Shown here: positions 25,282 to 33,869 of the stretch, one piece after another
How the letters are laid out: each line of letters opens with the position of its first letter
How positions within the stretch are numbered: the first letter of the stretch is position 1
From: an uncultured Anaerolinea sp.
GTDB taxonomy: Bacteria; Chloroflexota; Anaerolineae; Anaerolineales; Villigracilaceae
NCBI GenBank assembly: GCA_964388215.1
Contig: CAYLZI010000001.1
Location: 6,980 to 70,979 of the forward strand
Direction: 5' to 3'
Length of the DNA: 64,000 nt
Notes under the pieces: model-generated
Databases searched by the model: none
What the model was told of the DNA's origin: nothing
What the model saw: only the letters and a program-made list of their open reading frames with translations
Program-made: the position numbers and the translations under genes

Positions 25282-26937
25282 TCAAAACGCGATGATGCAG
25301 CCTTCATTTGAACTGAGTGTGATTTCAGCCAGGTCAACCTTGCCCTGGCGTTCCAGGCAGGTAGACAGGAGAATCTCCCCGCCGCCCGCTTTGGGAATGG
25401 AGAGAGTCTGCTCCTGCCCCGTAAAATTCAAGGTAATCAGCAGCCGCTGTTCAGCCGATTGGCGTTCATAGGCAAACACTTCGGGCGAGCTGGTTTCCAA
25501 TGAGCGATACGCGCCAACCTGGAGCGCGGATGAACCCCGGCGAAGTTCCAACAGCCTGCGATAAAAATTCAGCATGGATTCATGGTCTTCTAGTTGGCGC
25601 GCCACGTTCACTTCAGGGTAGTTCTCGGCCAGCGGCAGCCAGGGCGCGGCTTCAGGTGTGGAAAAACCAGCATGGGGCGAATCGTCCCACTGCATGGGGG
25701 TTCTTTCGGGGTCGCGCCCGACGATATGGGCAATTTCGGGCTGGTTGACGGCCGGCGGGTCTTGCGCCATCTCCGGCGGGATGGGGACGTTTTCCATGCC
25801 GAGTTCATCGCCGTAGTAGCAGGTGGGCGTGCCGCGCAGGGTTAAGAGCAGCATGGCGGCAACCCGCGCCTGTTCCGCGCCAAGGCGGGTTGCCAGGCGA
25901 TGCTGGTCGTGGTTGCCCAATACCCAGTTGGGCCAGGCATCAGCAGGCAGGGCAGATTCGTAATCATCTACCACTTTGCGGACACTGGCCGCATTCCATT
26001 TCGTGCTGATGAGTTGGAAATTAAACGGCAGATGACATTCGCGCGCTTCAGGCGGCCCGTAATATTTGACCAGTTCCTCGTTGGGCAGGTAAATTTCGCC
26101 AACCATCATACGGTCATTGTATTCATCCAGGACGTTTCTCATACCCCGAATCAGGTTGTGGACTTCGGGCAGGTTAGCGGTGTGGATGTGGAGCAGGCTG
26201 TCGAAACGGTTGACGCCGTTCCAGTGGGGGTTGGGCGGCTCGTCACGGAAAAGCGGGTCTTTCATCATCAGCCAGATGACATCCACGCGGAATCCATCCA
26301 CGCCTTTGTCGAGCCAGAAGCGCATGGCGTCGTGCAGGGCTTTTACCACTTCGGGGTTACGATAGTTCAATTCGGGCTGCTGGGTGACGAACTGGTGCAG
26401 GTAATACTGGCCGGTTTGCTCGTCGAAGGTCCAGGCCGGGCCGCCGAAGTAACTGAGCCAGTTGTTGGGCAGTGAACTCTGACCCCCATGCTGGGGGCTT
26501 CCCCCCGCCCCTCTCCCGCTGGGAGAGGGGAGTCCATCGCGCCAGATATACCAATCGCGTTTGGGGTTGTAGCGGCTGGAGCGGCTTTCGATGAACCAGG
26601 GATGCTGGTCGGAAGTGTGATTCGGCACCAGGTCGAGCAGCAGTTTCATGCCGCGTTTGTGAGTCTCGGCCAGCAGGGTGTCAAAATCGGCCATCGAGCC
26701 AAAGAGCGGGTGAATGCCGCAGTAATCGGCCACGTCGTAGCCGAAATCGTGCATGGGCGAAGGGTAGATAGGCGAGAGCCAGACGACATCCACGCCGATG
26801 GTTTCGGAAAGGTAATCGAGGCGGCGCAGGATGCCCGGTAGGTCGCCAACTCCGTCGGCGTTGCTGTCCTGGAAACTGCGCGGGTAGATTTGGTAGATGG
26901 CGCCGGTCTGCCACCAGGAATAGATAGGGTTGTTCAT
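25282..26937 (-). CDS. GH13 alpha-glucosidase / oligo-1,6-glucosidase
   Basis: Start trimmed to ATG 26937 (GAGGAG 7 nt upstream). Motifs WWQTGAIYQIYPRSFQDSNADGVGDL, DGFRVDVIW, VGEIY and GNHDQ. Carries an in-frame repeat-derived insertion. Confidence 0.9.
   Translation of the reverse strand: MNNPIYSWWQTGAIYQIYPRSFQDSNADGVGDLPGILRRLDYLSETIGVDVVWLSPIYPSPMHDFGYDVADYCGIHPLFGSMADFDTLLAETHKRGMKLLLDLVPNHTSDQHPWFIESRSSRYNPKRDWYIWRDGLPSPSGRGAGGSPQHGGQSSLPNNWLSYFGGPAWTFDEQTGQYYLHQFVTQQPELNYRNPEVVKALHDAMRFWLDKGVDGFRVDVIWLMMKDPLFRDEPPNPHWNGVNRFDSLLHIHTANLPEVHNLIRGMRNVLDEYNDRMMVGEIYLPNEELVKYYGPPEARECHLPFNFQLISTKWNAASVRKVVDDYESALPADAWPNWVLGNHDQHRLATRLGAEQARVAAMLLLTLRGTPTCYYGDELGMENVPIPPEMAQDPPAVNQPEIAHIVGRDPERTPMQWDDSPHAGFSTPEAAPWLPLAENYPEVNVARQLEDHESMLNFYRRLLELRRGSSALQVGAYRSLETSSPEVFAYERQSAEQRLLITLNFTGQEQTLSIPKAGGGEILLSTCLERQGKVDLAEITLSSNEGCIIAF
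26495..26535. repeat. Family 1-type hairpin inside the GH13 CDS (in frame)
   Basis: CCCCTCTCCC-GCT-GGGAGAGGGG (26508-26530). Translated as part of LPSPSGRGAGGSPQHGG, between the conserved WYIWRD and PNNWLSYFGG blocks. Confidence 0.7.
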
Positions 26938-26948
26938 GCGTGGTCTCC

Positions 26949-28895
26949 TCAAATGAATTCTTCCAAATCGAACTCTTTCAGAATTGAAGGCGTTGGCGCG
27001 CCGCGCTCGTCCCAGCCGATGCGTTTGTAGTAAACCGGCAGCCAGGCGCGTAGTTCTTCAGGCGTCAGCCCCTTTCCGGCGATGGGTCCATCGGCAAGAT
27101 GGTGATAGGCGCGCGCCGAGAGGGTGTCATCAGCGGCGGTGAAACCTTCGCGCAGCAGGAACAGCCGACCCAGGTTGATGGAGCGCAGGCCGGTAGCGTT
27201 GATGTCATTGGCGCTGATTGGCTCGCCAAAGGCGGCGGAAAGCGCGTCCACCATGTGATGATATTCATACGGGTAGAAATGGCAAATGACCGCGCAGTCG
27301 AAGAAATTTTTGAAGGCAGTTTCGTAGTAGAAGCCCTCGATTTTGCGTTCCGAAATGCCCCACAAGGGCAGCGGGGCCGGAACGCCCATTTCCTTCAGCC
27401 GAGCGGCGATGTCGCCGCCGTCAAAGGTGGCAAAGGTGTCGTTCAGGTTGTGCATGTGGTCGGCGCCGGTGGCGGAGAGGGCATAGCCCATGGCCAGGGT
27501 GTGCTTGAGGCGCGGGTCGTGCAGGGGCAGTTCCTGTCCGCGCGCGACGGCCAGCATCTCCGCCGCGTTGCCGCCAAGTTGGGCGGCCATGCGCGCGCTG
27601 CCTTCGGCCATTTGGTTGCCAAGTCCTTCGCGCCTGGCAATCGAATGGATGCTTTCGATGAGGGAATGTCCGTCGCCGAAGCGCGGGCCGTCAACCAGGC
27701 CCTTTTCCGTTGCCTCCATCGCAAAGGCAATCGTGCCGCCGGTCGAGATGGTGTCCAACCCGTAGGCGGCGCATAGTTCGTTGGCTTTGGCAACCACAAC
27801 CGGGTCGTTGATTTTGCAGAGCGGGCCGAGCGCGCCCAGGCTTTCATATTCCGGGCCGCCGTATTGGGGCGCGATGGTCAAGTCGCCTGCGTGGGCAACG
27901 ACCAGTTTGCAGCGCACCGGACAGCGGCTGCAGGTGTCGCGGTCTTGTAAAATTTTCGGGAAGAAATGACTGGCATCTAGTTGCTCAATGCCCTCGAAAA
28001 CGCCGTCGCGGTAATTGTTGATGGCGGTTGCCCCGGCGTCGTGATTGAACTGCACCGAGCCGGAGGTGCCCGCCGCAATCGCCCAGCCCATCATGCCCTT
28101 GTAATTGGCGTTGACCCATTTCTGGACGGTCTGGAACAGGGCCTTGTTCGCCACGCCAATATTGGTCGAACCACGCGCGGCAATCGCCTTGAGATTTTTG
28201 CTGCCCATCACCGCGCCCATCCCTGAACGCCCGGCGGCGCGGTTGATATCGTGCATGACAGCGGCGAAGCGGGCGAGGTTTTCACCCGCCGGGCCAATCT
28301 GCGCTACGCGAACTTTCCCGCTCCGCTGCGCTACGGGGACTTTCCCGCTCCGCTGCGCTACGGGGACTTTTTCATCATCCAATTCATGCCGAATCATTTC
28401 CTGCGCATCGGTAGTCAACTTTCCCCACAGCAGAGCAGCGTCGCGGATTTCGACTGCCCCGTCTCGAATCCACACATAGACCGGCTTTTCAGCTTTGCCC
28501 TGAATAACCACCGCGTCATACCCGGCGCGTTTGAGTTCCGCGCCCCACCAGCCACCCGCCTCGCAACTGCCCAGCGCCCCCGTCAACGGGGATTTGCCGC
28601 CAACAGCGTGCCGCCCGGTTCCGGGCAGGGCCGTTCCGGTCAGCAGGCCGGGGGCGAAGATGAGCAGGTTTTCGGGGCCAAGCGGGTCGGCGTTGGCTGG
28701 CATTTCAGTCAGCAGATAATGCAGGATGAAGTTGCGCCCGCCAATGTATTTGCGATAAAACGACGCTTCCGGTTTGTCTACCCAAATTTTTCCGCTCGAT
28801 AAATCCACGCGCAAAATCTGCCCGGCGCAGGGGCTTTGCCCGGCGAGAAATTCGGGGTTGGGCTGGCTGAAAAAATAGATGGTGTTAGCGGGCAT
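26949..28895 (-). CDS. Aldehyde:ferredoxin oxidoreductase family (tungstopterin) enzyme
   Basis: Start trimmed to ATG 28895 (AGGAG 9 nt upstream). Motifs GQILRVDLSSGKI, IGPAGENLARFAAVM, GMGAVMGSKNLKAIA, GGPEYES and LDTISTGG. Confidence 0.9.
   Translation of the reverse strand: MPANTIYFFSQPNPEFLAGQSPCAGQILRVDLSSGKIWVDKPEASFYRKYIGGRNFILHYLLTEMPANADPLGPENLLIFAPGLLTGTALPGTGRHAVGGKSPLTGALGSCEAGGWWGAELKRAGYDAVVIQGKAEKPVYVWIRDGAVEIRDAALLWGKLTTDAQEMIRHELDDEKVPVAQRSGKVPVAQRSGKVRVAQIGPAGENLARFAAVMHDINRAAGRSGMGAVMGSKNLKAIAARGSTNIGVANKALFQTVQKWVNANYKGMMGWAIAAGTSGSVQFNHDAGATAINNYRDGVFEGIEQLDASHFFPKILQDRDTCSRCPVRCKLVVAHAGDLTIAPQYGGPEYESLGALGPLCKINDPVVVAKANELCAAYGLDTISTGGTIAFAMEATEKGLVDGPRFGDGHSLIESIHSIARREGLGNQMAEGSARMAAQLGGNAAEMLAVARGQELPLHDPRLKHTLAMGYALSATGADHMHNLNDTFATFDGGDIAARLKEMGVPAPLPLWGISERKIEGFYYETAFKNFFDCAVICHFYPYEYHHMVDALSAAFGEPISANDINATGLRSINLGRLFLLREGFTAADDTLSARAYHHLADGPIAGKGLTPEELRAWLPVYYKRIGWDERGAPTPSILKEFDLEEFI
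28301..28372. repeat. 27-nt tandem repeat (about 2.6 copies), family 2, in frame inside the AOR gene
   Basis: GCGCTACG(C/G)G(A/G)ACTTTCCCGCTCCGCT units, translated as KVPVAQRSG-KVPVAQRSG-KVRVAQ. Confidence 0.85.
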
Positions 28896-29187
28896 AAAAC
28901 GAGACTCCTGCAATCTGAAATAAAAAGCGAACATTATCCCCTGGTTGTAAAACATGGTTCAAGTCGCTGACCAGGCCGCTGCTCGTGCCCTGCGGCTTGA
29001 CCAGTGCAATGACGGCCCTGGGCAGGCGGATTCCCTCGGCTTCGAGCGCCTGGCGGATAGTTTGCCCGGCAGCGACAGGGATATTTTTTGTATCGCTGTC
29101 CGCGCCCCAAATTACCTGGCTGGTGGTTGCGTCGAAGCGGAGAATCGCTTGAGCAGGGTGCATTGAGTCTCTTGAAAAGCGCTTCAT
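28885..29187 (-). CDS. Small hypothetical protein, weakly ThiS/MoaD-like in layout
   Basis: The ORF overlaps the AOR start by 11 nt. No strong motif and no C-terminal GG. Start is ambiguous (29196, 29187 or 29163). Confidence 0.35.
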   Translation of the reverse strand: MKRFSRDSMHPAQAILRFDATTSQVIWGADSDTKNIPVAAGQTIRQALEAEGIRLPRAVIALVKPQGTSSGLVSDLNHVLQPGDNVRFLFQIAGVSFYAR

Positions 29188-29189
29188 TG

Positions 29190-29369
29190 CCCTCACCCTG
29201 GCCCTCTCCCGGTGGGAGAGGGGAAAATCCCGTAAACTGGGAAGCTCCCTTCTCCCGGCGGAGAGGGGAAAATCCCGTAAACTGGGAAGCTCCCTTCTCT
29301 CGGTGGAGAGGGGAAAATCCCGTAAACTGGGAAGCTCCCTTCTCTCGGTGGGGGAGGGCGTAGGGTGAG
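29190..29369. repeat. Family 1 repeat expanded to 3.5 tandem 45-bp units
   Basis: Units start at 29202, 29247, 29292 and 29337 (partial): CCCTTCTCYCGGYGGAGAGGGGAAAATCCCGTAAACTGGGAAGCT. Bracketed by CCCTCACCCTG ... TAGGGTGAG. Intergenic. Confidence 0.9.
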
Positions 29370-29382
29370 ATAACGAATGCTA

Positions 29383-30375
29383 TTACAGTCGTCCGCCCAT
29401 CGTCAGGGCCATCAGCGCCTTCTGGATGTGCATGCGGTTTTCGGCTTCGTCATAAATGACCGATTGCGGGCCATCCACCACCGCATCGGTGGCTTCGTAG
29501 CCGCGGTCAATCGGCATACAGTGCATGTAGATGGCTTCCTTCTTGGCCAGACCCATCATGCGCTCATCGCAAATCCAGTCTTTGTGCTGGTCGCACATGG
29601 CCTGCACTTCTTTCGGCTCTTCAGTGACCATGATGGGTCCCCAAGATTTAGCGTAGACGATGTCGGCGTCTTCGGCCCCGGTGTCCATATCATCTACAAT
29701 TTCAAATTTGGTGCCGTTTTCGGCGGCGTGTTTCTGGGCCAATTCCAGGCACTTGGGCATCATCTCGAATCCTTTGGGGTGCGAGAGGGTGACATCCATG
29801 CCAAAGCGGGTCATCAGCATAATAAGAGCCTGCGGCACCGAGAGCGGGCGGACGTACTTCGGCGCGTAAGTCCACGAGATGACAAATTTGCGCCCGCGCA
29901 GGTTGTCCCCAAACTTCTCGCGGATGGTCATCAGGTCGGCCATCGCCTGGCAGGGGTGGTCCACATCGTCCTGCATCGAGATGACCGGAATGTTCATGTA
30001 TTTTGCCAGTTCGTACTGATAGGCCTGCCCAATGCCGGTGCGGCAATCACGCAGCGCCAGTCCGTGACCGTAGCGTTCGAGCACCATGCCGGTATCTTTG
30101 GGGCTTTCGCCATGCCCAACCTGGGTGGCGGCGGGGGTCAGGTAAATGGCGTGGCCGCCGAGTTGGGCCATGCCGGCCTCGAAACTGTTGCGGGTGCGGG
30201 TCGATTCTTCGAAAAAGAGCATATAAAGAATGCGGCTGCGCAGGATGTGGTCGTGCTGTTCGCCAAAGGCAAAGCGGCGCTTGAGTTCATCGGCGGCGTC
30301 GAGCATGGCGGTCAGTTCGTCCACGCTCCAATCTTCAGTGGTGATAAAGTCTTTTCCGAACAGGGTGGTTTTCAT
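29383..30375 (-). CDS. YgeW-like carbamoyltransferase (ATCase/OTCase superfamily)
   Basis: STRTR and HPCQ motifs. LSVPQALIMLMTRFGMDVTLSHP, DADIVYAKSW, QHKDWICDE and YMHCMP closely track E. coli YgeW as I recall it. Confidence 0.8.
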   Translation of the reverse strand: MKTTLFGKDFITTEDWSVDELTAMLDAADELKRRFAFGEQHDHILRSRILYMLFFEESTRTRNSFEAGMAQLGGHAIYLTPAATQVGHGESPKDTGMVLERYGHGLALRDCRTGIGQAYQYELAKYMNIPVISMQDDVDHPCQAMADLMTIREKFGDNLRGRKFVISWTYAPKYVRPLSVPQALIMLMTRFGMDVTLSHPKGFEMMPKCLELAQKHAAENGTKFEIVDDMDTGAEDADIVYAKSWGPIMVTEEPKEVQAMCDQHKDWICDERMMGLAKKEAIYMHCMPIDRGYEATDAVVDGPQSVIYDEAENRMHIQKALMALTMGGRL

Positions 30376-30427
30376 TTTCGTTTCTCCTTAAATTATTTTT
30401 GACTCTACCGCAAAAACCAATTAACCA

Positions 30428-30497
30428 TGAAGGTCACGAAGGAACGCAAAGGAAATGCTCTTCACCTTTAACCTTCGTGTACTTTGCGCCCTTTGTG
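30428..30497. repeat. Intergenic palindromic segment (CACGAAGG / CCTTCGTG, CGCAAAG / CTTTGCG)
   Basis: Inverted 7-8-mers at 30435-30442/30472-30479 and 30445-30451/30482-30488 allow alternative hairpins between two co-directional genes. Confidence 0.5.
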
Positions 30498-30517
30498 TTT
30501 AAAGGTTTGCAGCGGAT

Positions 30518-31729
30518 TCATTTTTGATTTGCGTACATGAACGGGAACAGCGCATAAAACATGGCAGCCCGCTTCACTTTTTCGAGATTGACCTGGTCTT
30601 CCTGGGTGTGGACGTATTTCTCTTGCTGCGGCCCAAAGCCCAGGGTGGGGATTCCGGCGGCCCCGGCGGAATACGTTCCATCGGTGCTGAACTTCCAGAC
30701 AGCGACTTCAGCGGGCTTTTTCCACAAGGCTTGATAGGTGGCCTGTCCCGCTGCCAGCAGCGGGCTGTTTTCATCCAGCAGCCAGCCGGGGAAAAAGGCC
30801 TGGTCGTCGAGATTGAGTCCGGTATGGGCGCGGACGGCTTGAAACGGGATTTCGACCGTTGCTCCGAGCGGTTCGACCACCCGGAGAAGTGATTCCGTGA
30901 CCGAGGCGGGCGTCTCGCCCGGAACCAGCCGCCGGTCGAGGGCGATTTCGCACCAGCCCGGCACCGAGTTGGGGGTATGCGGCCCCAAAATCAGCGTGAC
31001 AACCTGATTCCCTTGCCCGAAGGTGGGGTCAACCGGCAGGCTGGCGTTCATCTTTTCGACTGCTTCGATGACGGGCAGCATTTTCAGGATTGCATTTTCG
31101 CCCAGGTTGGGCGTGGAGGCGTGGGCCGCCTTGCCTTTGGCGCGCACACGCACTTCGCAGCGCCCGCGATGACCGCGCCGCAGGGTCAGGTCGGTGGCTT
31201 CGGCCAGCAACACGGCGTCGGGGCGCAATCCGTCGCGCTCGACCAGTGAGCGCAGGGCAAAACCCTCGGCGTCTTCTTCGAGGGTCGCGCCCATCACCAC
31301 CACCGAACAGCCGGGGTCAATTCCCAACTGCTTGAGAATCGCCGCGCCGTAGACGATGGCCGCCACGCCCGCTTTGCAGTCGGAAGCGCCCAGACCGTAG
31401 AGCGTGCCGTCCACGATGACCGCGTCAAGGGGTGGGTAGGGCCATTCCTTTTCATCGGCGATTTCGTTGGTGTCGAGGTGGGCGTTGTAGAGCAGGACGG
31501 GTTTGCCTGCGCCGATTTGACCGAGGGCATTCCCGGCAGAGTCCATCCAGACCTTGTCACAGCCGATGGCGCGTAACTCGGCCAGGGTGCGCTCGACGGC
31601 CGGGCCTTCCTCGCCGGTGTAGGTGCGGATACGCACGATGTCCGCGAGAAATTTCACCATGTCCGGGAACAGGGTTTCGGCGGTTTGTTCAATTTGCTGG
31701 GCGAGTTTTTCCAAATCGTAATTTTGCAT
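30518..31729 (-). CDS. YgeY-like M20 family peptidase/deacylase
   Basis: Start trimmed to ATG 31729 (GGAG upstream), giving 403 aa. Motifs NAHLDT, GASDCKAG, LEEDAEG and WKFSTDGTYSAGAAGIPTLGFGP resemble E. coli YgeY as recalled. Confidence 0.8.
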   Translation of the reverse strand: MQNYDLEKLAQQIEQTAETLFPDMVKFLADIVRIRTYTGEEGPAVERTLAELRAIGCDKVWMDSAGNALGQIGAGKPVLLYNAHLDTNEIADEKEWPYPPLDAVIVDGTLYGLGASDCKAGVAAIVYGAAILKQLGIDPGCSVVVMGATLEEDAEGFALRSLVERDGLRPDAVLLAEATDLTLRRGHRGRCEVRVRAKGKAAHASTPNLGENAILKMLPVIEAVEKMNASLPVDPTFGQGNQVVTLILGPHTPNSVPGWCEIALDRRLVPGETPASVTESLLRVVEPLGATVEIPFQAVRAHTGLNLDDQAFFPGWLLDENSPLLAAGQATYQALWKKPAEVAVWKFSTDGTYSAGAAGIPTLGFGPQQEKYVHTQEDQVNLEKVKRAAMFYALFPFMYANQK

Positions 31730-31795
31730 ATTGCTCCGTACTGCAGCATTCATGCCGCAAACACCAGGCGACATAAATGTCGCGCTACAAGCCCG

Positions 31796-32821
31796 TTAGG
31801 CAACCCGGTATTTCAACGGTTGACCTGTGAGAACGGCAAGCAGGTTGTCGTAATCCATATTGCGCCTGAATTCCGCTCCGGTTGCCGCCTCGGCCCCCGC
31901 AGCGGTGTGCGGGGTGAGCAGCAGGTTGACTTGCGGATTTCGAGCGAGACTCACCAGCGGGTCATCGGGACGAATAGGTTCCCAGTTGAAAGTATCGAGC
32001 GCCGCGCCGCCCAGTTGACCGGAGCGCAGGGCTGAGGCAACCGCTTCTGCATCCGCCGTCGTCCCGCCTCCGGCGTGTACCAGCAGCAGGCCGGGCTTGC
32101 AGACGGCAAAGAATTTGGCGTCCAATAGGCGATGGGTTTCGGGGAAGTCCGGCAGCAGGTTGAGCAGGATGTCTGCATGTTGCTGGATGTCTGCGATGCT
32201 GGCGTATTCGATTTCGAGTTCAGCCTCCGCATGGGCTGAAATGCGCTGGCGTTTGTTGTAAATCACCTGGCAGTCGAAGGCGCGCAGGCGGCGGGCCAGT
32301 TCAATCCCGATTTCGCCGAATCCCAAAATGCCGACCGTTTTGCCAAAGATTCCGCCGATGTTGTCGCGGCGCGACCAGTTGTAGGCGAAGTAGTCCTCGG
32401 TACATTCCTGGGGCTGGCCCCAATCGGGCGCGGCTTGTTCGGCGATTTGGGTCACTTCACGCAGGCGTTTGACCAGGGCCAGGGCGGCCATCAGCATGTG
32501 TTCGGCCACCAACTGACAGCCGGAGACGGGGTTGGCGCAGGCGGGAATCCCCGCCGCTTTCGCCGCATCCAGGTCAATGTCCCAGGTCTGGCGTCCGAGG
32601 CGTTGAATCAGTTTAAGATTGTGTCCAGCCTCGATGAGTTCCGCATCCAGCGCGCCAACCCGCTCGCTGATGAGAAAATCCACCTGCGGCAGCAGTTCCA
32701 GCATTTCGGCGCGGGAGGGGTTGCGGCGCATGATGATTTTCAATCCCGGCGGGGCGGAGTCAATCGCTGCTTGCTGGTGACGCAATCCGCGCTGGGTGGT
32801 GAACAGGACTGTATATTTCAT
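31796..32821 (-). CDS. D-isomer-specific 2-hydroxyacid dehydrogenase family
   Basis: Start trimmed to ATG 32821 (TAATG overlap with the upstream stop). NAD fold GILGFGEIGIELARRL. Catalytic-region LLTPHTAAG. Confidence 0.85.
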   Translation of the reverse strand: MKYTVLFTTQRGLRHQQAAIDSAPPGLKIIMRRNPSRAEMLELLPQVDFLISERVGALDAELIEAGHNLKLIQRLGRQTWDIDLDAAKAAGIPACANPVSGCQLVAEHMLMAALALVKRLREVTQIAEQAAPDWGQPQECTEDYFAYNWSRRDNIGGIFGKTVGILGFGEIGIELARRLRAFDCQVIYNKRQRISAHAEAELEIEYASIADIQQHADILLNLLPDFPETHRLLDAKFFAVCKPGLLLVHAGGGTTADAEAVASALRSGQLGGAALDTFNWEPIRPDDPLVSLARNPQVNLLLTPHTAAGAEAATGAEFRRNMDYDNLLAVLTGQPLKYRVA

Positions 32822-33843
32822 TACGGCTCCCAATCGGCGAAGGCGTCTACCACCGGTTTGATGTCGTCCATCATCGGGTAGAGAATCGGGCAGGTCACGC
32901 CCGCTTCGATGTATTCCTTCACTTTGGCGCGGCACTCGTCCGAAGTGCCGACCGCCATCAGGTTGCGCACCACGTCATCGGGGATGACCTTGCTGGTGCG
33001 GATGTAGTCTTCCTCGGTGGCGGGCCAGCTCATCATGGATTGTACTTTCGCAAGCAGTTCCTCGCTGACGCCGGAGGCCTTCATGATGTGCGGCTCGGTC
33101 GCCAGGTAGTAAGAGACCAGTTTCTTGCCCTCGGCCATCGCCGCGTCGGGGTCTTTGTCTGATAGACAGCAGACCAGCAGTTCGGGGCGGTCAACGTGGG
33201 CCAGGGTTTTGCCAGATTTTTGAGCGCCTTTTTCAACCAACTCCACCGCCCTGCGAATGTAATCCACCGAGACGACGTAATTTAGCACCACGCCATCGCA
33301 AATTTCGCCGGCCAGTTCGAGCATTTTGTCGCCGGTGGCACCGATGTAGAGCGGAATGTCGCGGGGCGAGGCGTCGCCAAAGGCCACATCCAAACGGATG
33401 CGGTCGAGGTTGACAAATTCGCCCTGATAGGTGACTTCCTCCATCGTGAACAACCGGCGGATGGATTCGATGTGTTCGCGCATGGCCTTGAGCGGTTTCT
33501 CGCGTTTGACGCCCACGCGCCCGGCAATCGGCTCCCACCACGCGCCCAGGCCGAGCATGACGCGCCCGCGCCCGTCCACCTTGCCGCCCAGTTCCCACAT
33601 CGTGCTCCACGAAGCGGCAATCACCGCCGGGTTGCGCGTCCAGATGGGCAGCACGCCGGAGCCAAAGCGCAGGCGTTTGGTGTGGTTTAAGAAGGCGCTC
33701 ATCATCACGATGCAGTCGCGCGCCAGGCGGGTATCGGCCTGCCAGATTTCGCTGAAGCCGCGTTCCTCGGCATAGCGGGCAATTTCCAGTTCGTACTGGA
33801 TGTTGTGCTTGTCTTGCATGTAAAGAGCCATTCGTTGCGCCAT
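32821..33843 (-). CDS. Luciferase-like (LLM class) flavin/F420-dependent oxidoreductase
   Basis: 340 aa. [21 protein letters not shown] and following TIM-barrel blocks are typical of the LLM family. The cofactor cannot be assigned by eye. Confidence 0.75.
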   Translation of the reverse strand: MAQRMALYMQDKHNIQYELEIARYAEERGFSEIWQADTRLARDCIVMMSAFLNHTKRLRFGSGVLPIWTRNPAVIAASWSTMWELGGKVDGRGRVMLGLGAWWEPIAGRVGVKREKPLKAMREHIESIRRLFTMEEVTYQGEFVNLDRIRLDVAFGDASPRDIPLYIGATGDKMLELAGEICDGVVLNYVVSVDYIRRAVELVEKGAQKSGKTLAHVDRPELLVCCLSDKDPDAAMAEGKKLVSYYLATEPHIMKASGVSEELLAKVQSMMSWPATEEDYIRTSKVIPDDVVRNLMAVGTSDECRAKVKEYIEAGVTCPILYPMMDDIKPVVDAFADWEP

Positions 33844-33869
33844 ATTCTTTACTCCAGGCTTGTCTCGAA

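Noticed and set aside
28301-28372. The sense strand of the 27-nt unit (GTCCCCGTAGCGCAGCGGAGCGG) resembles a tRNA acceptor stem plus D-arm
   Set aside because: No anticodon arm, T-arm or 3' acceptor strand follows. It lies inside an intact conserved CDS. I treat the resemblance as coincidental.
29190-29369. Regularly spaced 45-bp repeats considered as a CRISPR array
   Set aside because: The units are directly contiguous with no unique spacers. They belong to the family 1 palindromic repeat seen elsewhere, and no cas genes are nearby.
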